A DNA stretch of 64,000 nucleotides. Source: Octopus vulgaris (taxonomy: Eukaryota). Position 1 is the first letter of the stretch. Each line of letters opens with the position of its first letter. The stretch covers positions 23,684,001-23,748,000 of the forward strand of contig OX597831.1 in assembly GCA_951406725.2 (NCBI GenBank). The letters are read 5' to 3'. The notes beneath the pieces are model-generated. The model saw nothing but the letters and a program-made list of their open reading frames with translations. It made no database searches and was not told the origin of the DNA. Shown in pieces: positions 1 to 11,820 of this stretch. The translations under genes were made by a program, and so were the position numbers.

Positions 1-222
1 CTTTCTGTTAGTTCTTTTGTTCTATATTGTTATAACTATTTATTACCTATTTCTTCGTGTATCATCACTATTACTATCAATGTCAGCTTTTTACTTGGTG
101 TAAATCTACTTCGATTTTTTGCTTGATATATCTGTTTCATATTTTGGATTTGCCCTGTCCCTGATGCGTTGGGTCCATTATTGCTGTTTCTGTTAGATTT
201 TTATTTCTTCAAGCTTGAAAAG

Positions 223-281
<59 letters not shown>

Positions 282-286
282 AAAAA

Positions 287-483
287 CAGTGAGCGGGCAG
301 AATTGTTAGCATGTTGGATGAAATGCTTTGTTATTACGTTCTGAGTTCAAATTCCACCAAGGTCGACTTTGTCTTTCATCCTTTCAGGGTTGATTAAATA
401 AATACCAGTTACACACTGGGGTCAATGTAATTGACTAGTCCCCTACCTCAAAATTGCTGTCCCTTGTTGCAAATTTTGAAACC
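287..483 (+). mobile_element. SINE family B copy (older tail type ending tgccaaaatttgaaacc-like)
   Basis: Head gagcgggcagaattgttagc, B-box-like gagttcaaattcc and central block ctttcatcctttcagggttgattaaataaataccag. Homologous copies lie at ~3603-4205, 30590-30805, 55060-55228 and 61995-62197(-). Confidence 0.75.
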
Positions 484-598
484 ATTATTATCATCATCAT
501 TATTATAATTATCATTATTATTATTATTGTTATTATTATTATTATCATTATTATTATGATTATCATCATTATTATTATTATTGTTATTATTATTATTA

Positions 599-668
<70 letters not shown>

Positions 669-725
669 TCACTGCCTGGAAACAAACTTGTGATCTTGAG
701 GTTAGTAGCCCACACTCATAACCAC

Positions 726-961
726 TGGTTAAGTGCGCGGGCTACTAACCCTACGATTCTGAGTTCAATTCCAGGCAGTGACCTGAAAAATAATAATGAT
801 GATAATAACAATAATAATATTGAAAAATACCTTAGGAATGAGAACCCAGGTTTGAAATTTCTCCAAGAAACCTGATGAAAGCTGGAGAGTATATCAGCTG
901 AAACGTTGTCTTAACAAACAAGATGAGCACAAATATCCGTCAAATGTAAATAATGTAAATA
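726..961 (+). mobile_element. tRNA-headed non-autonomous element carrying a minimal hammerhead motif (family H1, copy 1)
   Basis: tRNA-like head (tggttaag..gggctactaaccc..gagttcaattcc), AAT tract, ccttaggaatgagaacccagg block, hammerhead core at 865-912 and atgtaaataatgtaaat tail. Collinear with 39250-39480(+) and 21760-21906(-). Confidence 0.75.
865..912 (+). ncRNA. Minimal type-I hammerhead ribozyme motif
   Basis: CTGATGA (872-878), stem II agctg/cagct, GAAA (900-903), minimal palindromic stem III CG, triplet GUU and an imperfect stem I aagaaac/gtctt. Confidence 0.7.
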
Positions 962-962
962 A

Positions 963-1128
963 GTCTAGGGCATTCATTCGTGATATGGGCAATGATTTCA
1001 TCCACTCTATTGCAGATGTGGCACCGCAGAGACACTTGCTCAATTCTCAGGTTGACCCTCCAGTTCGTGTGCTGCCAGTATAGTGCTCTTGTTCTCTTTT
1101 TCTAGGGTTCCTTTAATCAGTTCCTTTC
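963..1128 (-). mobile_element. Fragment of an R4/Dong-like non-LTR retrotransposon (pre-knuckle motif and CCHC zinc knuckle)
   Basis: The minus strand reads LIKGTLEKENKSTILAAHE and, after a frameshift, LRCHICNRVDEIIAHITNECP. These resemble WLxKGxLKxETExxIxAAQ and CxxC..ET.xH..xxC. The fragment abuts a (TAA)n tract. Confidence 0.6.
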
Positions 1129-1139
1129 AAATAATAATA

Positions 1140-1188
<49 letters not shown>

Positions 1189-2398
1189 TAATTATTATTA
1201 TTATTATTATCATTATTATTATCATCAATATAGTCTAATAGCCAAATGGTAAAAAATGTGTTCAGAAGAAAGTCAGGGCAGGAAATAAAGAAATAAAACC
1301 AAAAATAATAAAATAAATGCTCTTCCTTATATTTAAATATTTTTATTATTGTCATTATTCCTCTGAATAATATTTGTTTTTTCTCTCTTTTATTTTATTT
1401 TTTTGTATTAATTTAACTATGCATAATACAAAATCTAAAACTAATTTCAAAACCCAAAATATTCTATTTTGAACACTTAAATGGAATGTTTAAAGTGTGA
1501 AAACAATAACAAAATAACAGAAACTTCAGCAAATCACATGTGAGAAAACTACTGAATCTTAAGGGTTTTTTAATGTTTTGTTTAATTTTATAGCTTTTTT
1601 TTGTTAAATTTTTTTATTTATTTAATTTTTTTGTTTAACAAATTCTTTTATTTATTTTAATTTTTTGTGAGACAAATTTTTTATGTATTTATTTTCTTTT
1701 TCCTGTTTCGTGATGTTATTTTTTATTATTATTTATTTTACTCTACAAAATCAAGATGAAAGAACATTTTAATTCCATTTTGTCTCTGAGACCATTTAGA
1801 AAAATAATAATAAAAAAAAAAAAAAGAAATTCAGTTTGTTTTTCCCTCTTTCTATCCTTTTTCTCCATCTCTTCTTTCTCACTGAATTGACAAAAAAGAA
1901 ACAAAAAAAAAGATTTGTTGCTACTATTGTTTCTACAACAAAACATTGATTTGCATGTATATGTGCATGTATATATATGTGTGTGTATATATATGTTTGT
2001 ATGTATGTATGTATGAATGGATGGATGAATGGATGGGTGTGTGTGTGTGTATGTATGTCTGTCTGTATATGTGTATTTCTTTGTTTATATGGCTGGTCAG
2101 TGTGAATATGTGTATCGCTGTGTATGTATATCTGACTTTCTTAGTCTGTTTCTGTATCTTATTCCTTATCCACGTTTCAATGATTGTGTATCCCTGTGCA
2201 TGTATGTCAATATTGCATATGTGCCTGAGTATATCTGTATCTGTATTATTTCAGTTTGCGAATCGTTTTACCTAATTCCACAAATAAAGTCACAGAAACA
2301 TCGATCAAACTTCCTCCCATTCAAATTGTGTTTTTATGAAAAGGTTTTCATTGTTTCAAATATCACAAAATTAGCCATAGGGAATTTCTATTACAATC

Positions 2399-2431
<33 letters not shown>

Positions 2432-2734
2432 GCAGATTATTGCCAGATCTTATGAAGCGGTACCGCAGCTGCTGTGTTGTTTCATAAGATCTAACAGTAA
2501 TCTCTTCCAGAAACAATATGATGCTTGTTAATAGTGATAAATATTTAATTCCTTGTTCTGCAAAGGAATGAATCAATTATTTATAACAAAAATTCCAAAA
2601 TAAAGACAGTTTTTGTGTGCTTGTTAGGACAGGTGTGTCCTGATATTTGAGGCAGGTCCCAAGAGATGAGTACTGATGTTTTTTTGGAACAGCTTTCCTA
2701 AACATGTCAAAAACTTATTCTTCCTCAGAAGGCA

Positions 2735-3180
2735 TTAGGTTAAAAAACATGTCTCTCCTTATCATCACCATCGTCGTCGTCATCATCATCATCATCATCA
2801 TCATCCCAACCACCACCACCACCACCACCACCACCACCATCATCACCATCATAACCATCATCATCATCATAATCATCATCATAATCATCATCATCATCAT
2901 AATCATCATCATCATAATCATCATCATCATCATAATCATCATCATCACCACCACCATCATCATTGTCATCATCATCATCATCATCTCACAGTGCGTTAAC
3001 TGAATATAGATTAAAAAACGTGTCTCTCCTTATCACCACCACCGCCACCACCACTACCACCATCATCCTCACCACCACCACCATCATCATCATCATCTCA
3101 CAGTGCATTAACTGAATACACGTTAAAAAAAACGTGTCTCTCCTTATCACCACCATCATCTTCATCATCCTCATCATCAT
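2735..3180. repeat. Compound minisatellite with embedded (CAT/CAC)n, about 3 units
   Basis: The block ttaaaaaac(a/g)tgtctctccttatcac recurs three times and tctcacagtgc(g/a)ttaactgaata twice, separated by variable CAT tracts. Confidence 0.8.
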
Positions 3181-3621
3181 TCTTAAGACAGTGTGCTGAC
3201 AGAATTGTTAGCATGCCAGGCAAAATGCTTTGCATCATTTTGTCCATCTTTACATTCTCAGTTCAAATTCTGCCAAGGTTGACTTTGCCTTTCCCCATTT
3301 TGGTTCATTAAAATAATGTCTTTTCTGTATTATCGTTTAACCTCCATTTTCCATGCTGGCATGGTTTGGACGGTTTGACAGCAGCTGGGCAGCCGGGGAG
3401 ATGTCCAGACTCCAATTGTTGATTGTGGATGGGTCTTATGTCTGGATGCCCTTACTAATGCCAACCACTTTACTGAATGTGCTGGGTGCATTTTATGTGC
3501 TACCGACATGGGTGCATCTATGCAGTGCTATCACAAATGCATTTTACATGGCACCCGCACCTGTATAGCAATCAAATCAAAGCTATTTGCATTTCAGTGA
3601 TAGGGTGGCAAGCTGGTAGAA

Positions 3622-4020
3622 GGCACAGGAGTGGCTGTGTGGTAAGTAGCTTGCTTACCAACCACATGGTTCTGGGTTCAGTCCCACAGCATGACACTAC
3701 AGCATTGAAGCCTCGGGCCAACGAGAACCTTGTGAGTGGATTTGGTAGAGAGAAACTGAAAGAAGCCCATCGTATATATGTATATATAAGTGTGTGTGTG
3801 TGCATGTGTTTGTGTGTCTGTGTTTGTCCCCCCCCACTCCAACATCGCTTGACAACCGATGCTGATGTGTTTACATCCCCGTAACCTAGCGGTTCAACAA
3901 TAGAGAACGATACAATAAGTAATAGGCTTACAAAGAATAAGTCCTGGGGTTGATTTGCTCAACTAAAGATGGTGATCCAGCATGGCCACAGTCAAATGAC
4001 TGAAACAAGTAAAAGAATAA
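3622..4020 (+). mobile_element. tRNA-derived SINE family A, nested in a family B head
   Basis: A-box-like ggagtggctgtgtggta, B-box-like ggttcagtccc, internal TA/TG microsatellite and tail tgactgaaacaagtaaaaga. More than 20 copies or fragments occur in the window. Confidence 0.85.
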
Positions 4021-4545
4021 ACATCATGTAAAATGCCTAGTGGCATTTTGTTTGCGTTTATGTTCTGAGTTCAAATTCTGCCGAGGTCAACTTTGCCTTT
4101 CATCCTTTTAGAGTCAATAAAATAAGTACCAGTTGAGCACTGGGGTCGATGTAATTGACTCACACTCTCCTCTCAAATTACTGGCCTTGTGCCAAAATTT
4201 GAAATCTGTATTTTTACATGAGTGTTTCAAACAGAAATGTTATTACATGAGGGGTTCATGTGATTTTAATAACCTTCTGTCTCTGCCCTGGTTACATTGT
4301 AAATACCAACTTAAGATTCTTATAAATTACTCGAGCCAATGAGGAGAGGAGCCTCAAGCAATAATTCAGCCTTCCCAACTTACCAACCAGATCTCTTTCT
4401 AATTACACCTTGCTGTCTTAGATAAAGGATATATTGGACAAGGTGGTCCCTCATACACAGATACATGGGATAGTCACAATCTGCTAGTTGAAGATCAAAG
4501 ATCTGATAGTTGACTAAGGAATACAGCAGTAATAAATTAAATGAT

Positions 4546-4918
4546 AGAACAAAGTGGGGCACAGCCCTCAGCATGGTTAATTTGCTAGAATTATCAGTGA
4601 AATTTCTATCAAATATCATTTCTACCTAGATTGACAGGGAAAAAAATTTGCTACATCTTATGAAAGGTAAAATGGAAGCCATCACATGTTTGATCAGAAG
4701 TCTGCTGGATCAGAAGTGACTTGAAGCTAATGATTGAACAAAGTGTGGCATAGCTCTCAGCATAGTTAATTTGCTAGAATTATCAGTGAAATTTCTATCA
4801 AATATCATTTCTACCTAGATTGACAGGGAAAAATATTTATAATGTAGCATTTGCTACATCTTGTGAAAGGTCAAATGAAAGCCATCACATCTTTGATCAG
4901 AAGTGACTTGAAGCTAAA
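4546..4918 (+). repeat. ~190-bp tandem duplication of an old interspersed repeat (tgctagaa...family)
   Basis: gaacaaagtg...gaagtgacttgaagctaa is present twice in tandem. Related tgctagaaa(t/c)agcagc motifs recur near 8935, 9620, 10668, 41855 and 61248. Confidence 0.75.
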
Positions 4919-5473
4919 TAATAACACTAGCAGGCAAGTATGTTGGGGTTTGATCCACACAAAATAGCAAACAAATGCCCTCCAATCACATTACAAAGGA
5001 AAGTCATATTGGACAATAAAGTCCTACATTTTTAAGAGAATTAATAGATGTTTCTTAGCTCTTAGTAAGCCCTGATGGAGCAGACCTCTGGTCAAAGACC
5101 TTCCAACCATGATTATTCTGTCATTTTAAGAACATGTGCAAGATTGTATCATTTGATGTTCTATTTGTTTACTGAAAATTGTGAAGCAAGATTTAATGGA
5201 GATTTTGCTGCTATTTCTAACAGGTTAAGAGACAACATAAGCACTTCTTTGTTGATCTTACTTCTCGTAGTATTTTGCTTTGGCAAACATTGACGAAAAC
5301 AAAAACCCTGTTAAATGAATTGGGTTAGAAAGATGCAATAAGAAAAAAATTATGCTTTGTGTAATTATTTCGTGAGAAAATGCTAGTGTCTCCTTGTAAT
5401 GTTAAATACCCTCCCTTGTGGTGAAATATCAAATCTCATTATCATATACTTTTCCACTGTTCTATATATATAT

Positions 5474-5853
5474 GGAGGCGCAATGGCCCAGTGGTTAGGG
5501 CAGCGGACTCACGGTCATAGGATCGCGGTTTCGATTCCCAGACCGGGCATTGTGAGTGTTTATTGAGCGAAAACACCTAAAGCTTCACAAGGCTCCTGCA
5601 GGGGGTGGTGGTGAACCCTGCTGTACTCTTTCACTACAACTTTCTCTTACCCTTTCTTCCTGTTTCTGTTGTACCTGTATTTCAAAGGGCCAGCCTTGTC
5701 ACACTCTGTGTCACGCTGAATCTCCTTGAGAACTACGTTAAGGGTACACGTGTCTGTGGAATGCTCTGCCACTTGCACGTTAATTCCACGAGCAAGCTGT
5801 TCCGTTGATCGTATCAGCTGGGACCCTCATCGTCATAACCGATGGAGTGCTCC
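5474..5853 (+). mobile_element. tRNA-derived SINE family C, tail type 1
   Basis: Head ggaggcgcaatggcccagtggttagggcagcggactc..ggtttcgattccc. Full-length similarity to 18886-19266(-). Inserted in (TA)n. Confidence 0.85.
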
Positions 5854-5953
5854 TACTATATATATATATATTTAATAAATTGATTCAATTGCTATAATCT
5901 TTATTAAATTATAATCTTTATTAAATCATTATCATTATTATTATTGTTATTAA

Positions 5954-5987
<34 letters not shown>

Positions 5988-6195
5988 GTTGTTGTTTTTG
6001 TTATTGTTATTATCGAAATTATATTCTCGTATAATACATACACGAATAAGTGGCAAACATCTTAGACAAAAATGTTTCCTTATCCCATCTCGTTCCTGAT
6101 TAGTTTGAAGTTTCTGCAGACTTGTAAGATTATTCCAATTACAACTGCTTTTGATCACACAGTCATAGTGCACCTGAGCACTGTAAACAATAACC

Positions 6196-6259
<64 letters not shown>

Positions 6260-6276
6260 TGCTGTCATTGTTAGAG

Positions 6277-6505
6277 AGGCTTAGTGGTTAGGGTGTTGAA
6301 ACTCATGGCCGTAAGATTGTGGCTTTCATTTCTGGAGCAGCTGATGTGAATTGTTCTTGAGCAACACACTTCATTTCACATAGCTCCAGTCCACTTAGTT
6401 GAGTCATGCCACAGTGGACTGGTATCCCATCCAGGTGTGGCTGGAATATATACACCACAGAAACTGGGAAACTGACCCTATGAGTCTATATAACTCAAGA
6501 AGGAT
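6277..6505 (+). mobile_element. Older family C-related SINE with a V-domain-like tail
   Basis: ggcttagtggttagggtg head. The tail gtggactggtatcccatccaggtg..gaaactgggaaactgaccctatgag matches the tail of 45061-45373(-). Confidence 0.6.
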
Positions 6506-6724
6506 CTTTATCTTATGCTGTTGTTGTTTTTGTTGTTGTTGTTCTTGTTCTTCTTTTTCTTCTTCTTCTTCTTCTTCTTCTTCTTCTTCTTCTTCTTTTT
6601 CTTCTTCTTCTTCTTCTCCTTCTTCTCATCCTCCTTCTCCTCCTCATCATCGTTGTTATTATTATTATTGTTGTTATTATTATTATTGTTGTTATTATCA
6701 TCGTTGTTGTTATTATTATTATTA

Positions 6725-6770
<46 letters not shown>

Positions 6771-6864
6771 CATTATTATTATTAGATGGAGGTGGCAAGC
6801 TGGCAGAATAGTTAGCATGCTAGGAAAATGCTTTGCAGCATTTTGCCTCTTGCTATGTCTGAGT

Positions 6865-7205
6865 TACCAGCGTCGCCTTACTTACTGATGACACCTTACT
6901 GGCACTTGTGCTGGTTACATGTGAAAAACATTCGAGCGAGGCTCTGTGCTTGTGGCATGTAAAAAAACACCATTTGAGCATGGCTGTTGCCAGTACCACC
7001 AGACTGGCCCGTGTGCCGGTGGCACGTAAAAGCACCCACTACACTCTCAGAGTGGTTGGCATTAAGAAGGGCATCCAGCTGTAGAAACACTGCCAGAGCA
7101 AGATTGGAGCTTGGTGCAGCGCTCTGGTTCGCCAGTCCTCCGTCAAATCGTCCAACCCATGCTAGCATGGAAAGCAGACGTTAAACGATGATGATGATGA
7201 TGATG
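6865..7205 (+). mobile_element. Family D retroposon, (GAT)n tail
   Basis: ggtggcacgtaaaagcaccc units, gtggttggcattaagaagggcatccagc and ccaacccatgctagcatggaaag followed by (GAT)n. Confidence 0.8.
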
Positions 7206-7669
7206 CATGCTGTCAGCAAAAACCAATCGCCAACAATCTGCTGTTTTAGTAGAAGGGCATTCGAATGTGCAGTGAAGAATTAAGATATTATGAAAACTAT
7301 TTTTCTTAATAACATTTGAACTTGTATGAGTTTGAATTGCATTCTCTCATGCTTGATGGAAACTATGGCTAATGCATAGATCTTTTATATAGCCATAACT
7401 AAGTGTACAAGTCTCTCCGACTGATCTCTTCTTCTACCCAGCAACAGACTTAATGCATATTGCTCGGGGAATCCAATCTTTAACTAGATTAGCGAATCTC
7501 GTTGAAAGAACAATATTTGCATGAATAGATAGGAAGAGAAAGGAGAGTGAAATAACAGATAGAAGCACATATGTACCCTAACACTGACTGTTCACGTTTC
7601 TGACCTCGATCTGTTTATTTGCACAGAAGCAGCTACTGTCTGCCTCACCCAGTTCTACCCAGCAACAAA

Positions 7670-8120
7670 TCAATGCTTCTTCTCTTTGATCCAGTCTTTC
7701 GCAGAATTAACAGATCCAACAGAAAAATGCGGATTGCATAAATCATCTGCAATGCCAATAAAAAGCAATACCAAAAAAAAAAAAATAATAAATAATTAAA
7801 AAAAAAAAAAGAATATGATGCAAACATGCACACCCTGAGCTTTACATTTGACCTTTAGGTTTTCTCTTGTATTTAGGACTACACTGAAATTATAGAGATT
7901 TTTGGGTAAAGATTCTGGTGGGATTTTATCAATATTTCTTATTTCTTTGACATGTGTATAATCAGCCACGGCTTCATCTTCTGGGCTATCAATTTTATAA
8001 CCATCAGCATCACTACTGTTACCAACATCTTGTTTATGATGTTGATGATGATCATCATTTGCGTTGCTACCATCAGCATTTGTATCATTGTCATCATCGT
8101 CATCATCATCGGAATCATCC
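7670..8120 (-). CDS. Candidate last two coding exons of an unidentified gene (8120-7834 and 7746-7670)
   Basis: Non-repetitive open frame ..GYKIDSPEDEAVADYTHVKEIRNIDKIPPESLPKNLYNFSVVLNTRENLKVKCKAQ. A GT at 7833 and a T-rich tract plus CAG at 7747 define an 87-nt phase-1 intron giving in-frame DDLCNPHFSVGSVNSAKDWIKEKKH*. No homolog is recognised and no upstream exon was found. Confidence 0.3.
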
Positions 8121-8204
8121 CTTATAAATTTTTTGATGTATGACAAAAATTATCAGAAGTATACAAATATACTTGAATGTACAAATAATTGTACAAACAG
8201 AAAC

Positions 8205-8650
8205 ACACAAACACACACACACAGATGTACATTTGCTCACACAAGTAAATATTTTACTTACACATATGCATGCTTGAATGGTCTCACACCCACATACACA
8301 TCATATACATATATATACACAAACTCACACATACACACACACAGACTTATACACACACGCACGCACTCACACACATGCACACACCACTCACACACTCACA
8401 CATGTGCACACTCACATACATTCATACACACAAACTCACACACACACACACACACTCATACACACATGCACACACTCACACACACCACTCACACACACTC
8501 ACACACGAACACATACACACTCTCACACATACACACACACTCACATACACACTCACACACCACTAACACACACTCACACACACACTCCCACACTCACTCT
8601 CACACACACACATATTCACACACTCACACACTCACACACACACATACACA
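8205..8650. repeat. Degenerate (CA)n microsatellite
   Basis: Seen directly in the sequence. Confidence 0.95.
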
Positions 8651-8980
8651 GATATATAGCAATGGACATACCACATGGCTGACAAACATTTTATTGACAT
8701 GCAACACTGAATTCAAGACTTATGATGCTGTGTATACAATAAAAAGGATGGTTGGCTGAGGTGTCAATGTAGCATGGAGATGATCATCCATGAAGGTCAG
8801 GGGGCCTCGAACACCGCACAGATCTGTCTGGTTCTAGCTATTTAGCTGTTGTTGTGGGTTGCTTCTTTACAGCAACAAAGTAAAATCTGTGATGGATAAA
8901 GATGCCAAGGAAGCCCCACATTTATTGCATGCCCTGCTAGAAATAACACTTAATTCTCTCTCAAATCATATTTAACCATC

Positions 8981-9570
8981 TTAACTGTTTAGCATTTAAA
9001 CTGGCCATATCCAGCCAAAATATTCTACCTGTTTTATGATCAAACTAACCAGATCTGACCTCTCACACTAACTCTGCAATGTCCTTCTAAAAAGAAATAA
9101 TCACATTTCGGTGCAGGAGTGGTTGTGTGGTAAGTAGCTTGCTTACAGACTACATGGTTCCGGGTTCAGTCCCACTGCATGGCACCTTGGGGAAGTGTCT
9201 TCTACTATAGCCTCGAGCTGACCAAAGCCTTGTGAGTGGATTTGGCAGACGGAAGCTGAAAGAAGCCTGTCGTATATATGCATGTATATATATATGTGTG
9301 TATATGTTTGTGAGTCTGTGTTGGTTCCCTCAACATTGCTTGACAACCGATGCTGGTGTGTTTAGTGGTTCGGCAAAAGAGACCGATAGAATAAGTACTA
9401 GGCTTACAAAGAATAAGTTCTGGGATGATTTGATTTGACTAAAGGCGATGATCCAGCATAGCCGCAGTCAAATGACTGAAGCAAGTAAAAGGGTAAAAGA
9501 GTATAAGAACATCATCAAAGTCTCAAAGCTTTGAGATAATGCAGATTAAATCAAACTAATGTGAATAAAT
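8981..9570 (+). mobile_element. TTAA-type MITE-like repeat interrupted by SINE A (9109-9503)
   Basis: Starts ttaactgtttagcatttaaactggcc. Related copies at 24755-24959(-), 26098-26614, 36896-37030 and 41690-41811 show aatgctaaag..ttaa ends. Confidence 0.55.
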
Positions 9571-10249
9571 TACAGGCATGACTGTATGGTGAGAAGCTCG
9601 CTCTATACAGCTGTTCCACCTACTAGAAATAATAGCCTATCTCACTGTTATCTTGACAAAAGGCAGTACAGATTAAATTATTTAGTTTTAAGTCTGTTAA
9701 AAAGACCGAATTGTTGTAACTTGAATGCTTTCCACTGTATACTTGCTCAATCAGGTTTTGACCTGGGCTAATCAAAAACAGCAACAACAACAACAACAAT
9801 AACAACAACAACAACACCATCAATTACAATTTATCTGTGTCACATCATTTTATCAAGTTACTTCATTTTAGCCAGAGGAAAGTACAAAAGATTTTAGTCA
9901 ATTTTATGTTGAAGATAATCATGTGATGTCTTAGCGTTGATGTGAGATGCAACGATTGTTGATGTTCGACTTGAATAACTTAATATATCCTTTTAGTCTT
10001 TTAATCTGTCAGGCTTTTAATGTTTCATTGTAAGAGGAGGTTGATGATGTAACTTGGTCTTTCGATTGATTTGATAGCAGAAGCTTTAAACTGGTTAATT
10101 GGAGAGAATTTGAATATACTCAGGGTTCAATTAATTTGCTATCTCTCTAGTATTTCTATAATGATGTTTTTATACGATGTAGAGTACTATCTTTACTAAC
10201 ATTTAACCATTTAGTATTCTTCATGTTGATGATATTAAATATGTTAATA

Positions 10250-10414
10250 GGCGTAGGAGTGGCTGTGTGGTAAGTAGCTTGCTTACCAACCACATGGTTC
10301 CGGGTTCAGTCCCACTGCGTGGCACCTTGGGCAAGTGTCTTCTACTATAGTCTCGGGCCGACCAAAGCCTTGTGAGTGGATTTGGTAGACGGAAAGTGAA
10401 AGAGGCTTGTTGTA

Positions 10415-10457
<43 letters not shown>

Positions 10458-10512
10458 CTGTATTTGTCCCCCGCAACATCGCTTGACAACTGATGCTGGT
10501 GTGTTTACGTCA
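10250..10512 (+). mobile_element. SINE family A, 3'-truncated
   Basis: Intact head and internal microsatellite; ends after gtgtttacgtc. Confidence 0.85.
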
Positions 10513-11369
10513 ACAGTCATTCATTCATTATTGAAAGAGCAGTGTGAGAAAGCAGAATGCTTTCAATTCTGTCGGTATACAAGCGGTCCTCAAAAAGCTT
10601 ACTGTGATTAAAGTGGACCACAATGTAATTCGTGTTGGCCAGGCCTGATCTAGCAGGACATTTCATTTGCTAGAAATAGAAACCAAATCTATCTTAAGTC
10701 ATAGCTACTGTCTCAAAAATGGAGGACACATTTGATAGCTCTGGATATATTCTCAGTAAAAAAAAAAAAAATTATAAGTGGAGGCTAGAATTATTCCAGC
10801 TAAACAACAAGTCTTGAATGATATTTCTTTCCATTTATAGCAGACATGTAATTTACTCCTGTCTTCATATTACTCAGCTAATAACATGTTTGTTACAAAT
10901 ATATTTACTGCTTTAATGTAATAGTCTATAATTTATAAATACATTTAGCCTTTGAAGATTACTTCAAGTAAAAACATGATTTAGAGAGTGAAATTACATA
11001 ATTCTGCAATGGGTCTCTCCCCAGGACTCCTGTACTTTAGTGATGTACTCTTTTAATTCAGGGATTGACACCTTTTAAGGCTTCTATTGTTCATCAAAAA
11101 GTGTGGTGTTACTTTCACAAAAAGTATTTTAGGTTCAGGCACCTTATAAATAATATTGTTTAACACATAATATGGTGTTATTTTATTGAAAATGTATTTT
11201 ATATGCAGCCACCTTGTAAATATTATTCTATCCGCCAGAAGAAATGGTGTTAGTTTAATAAATAAAGATTTATGGTAGAGACACCTTAGAAATAATATTT
11301 CTGTTAAACACAGCATGTTGCATTACATTATCATAAAGATAAAATAAAAATTAAAAAGTTATCAACACA

Positions 11370-11542
11370 GATGCAGGTGTGGCTGTGTGGTAAGAAGTTT
11401 GCTTCCTAACCACATGGTTCTGGGTTCAGTCTCACTGTGTGACACCTTGGGCAAGTATTTTCTATTATTGCTATAGTCTCAGGCTGACTAAAGCCTTGTG
11501 AGTGGATTTCATAGACAGAAACTGAAAAAAACGTGTCATATG

Positions 11543-11591
<49 letters not shown>

Positions 11592-11820
11592 ATCTATGTG
11601 TGCCTGTTTGTGTCTGAATTTGTCTACCACCCACCACAGCTTAACAATTGGTTTTGGTGTGTTTACATCCTCGAAATTTATTGACTGGTAAAAGAGATTG
11701 GTAGAATAAGTATTAGGTTTAAGAAAATAAAATGACTAAGGGTCGATTTGTTTTGGCTAAAACCCCTTCAAAGCAGTGCTACAGCATGGCCGCAGTCAAT
11801 ATGACAGAAACAGATAAAAG
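11370..11820 (+). mobile_element. SINE family A, diverged
   Basis: Collinear with the family A consensus. Confidence 0.8.

Noticed and set aside
8064-8759. 231-aa His/Thr-rich ORF
   Set aside because: It is a translation of the (CA)n repeat.
8650-8930. Possible upstream exon for the 7.7-8.1 kb candidate
   Set aside because: All three minus-strand frames contain stops before the donor-like site.
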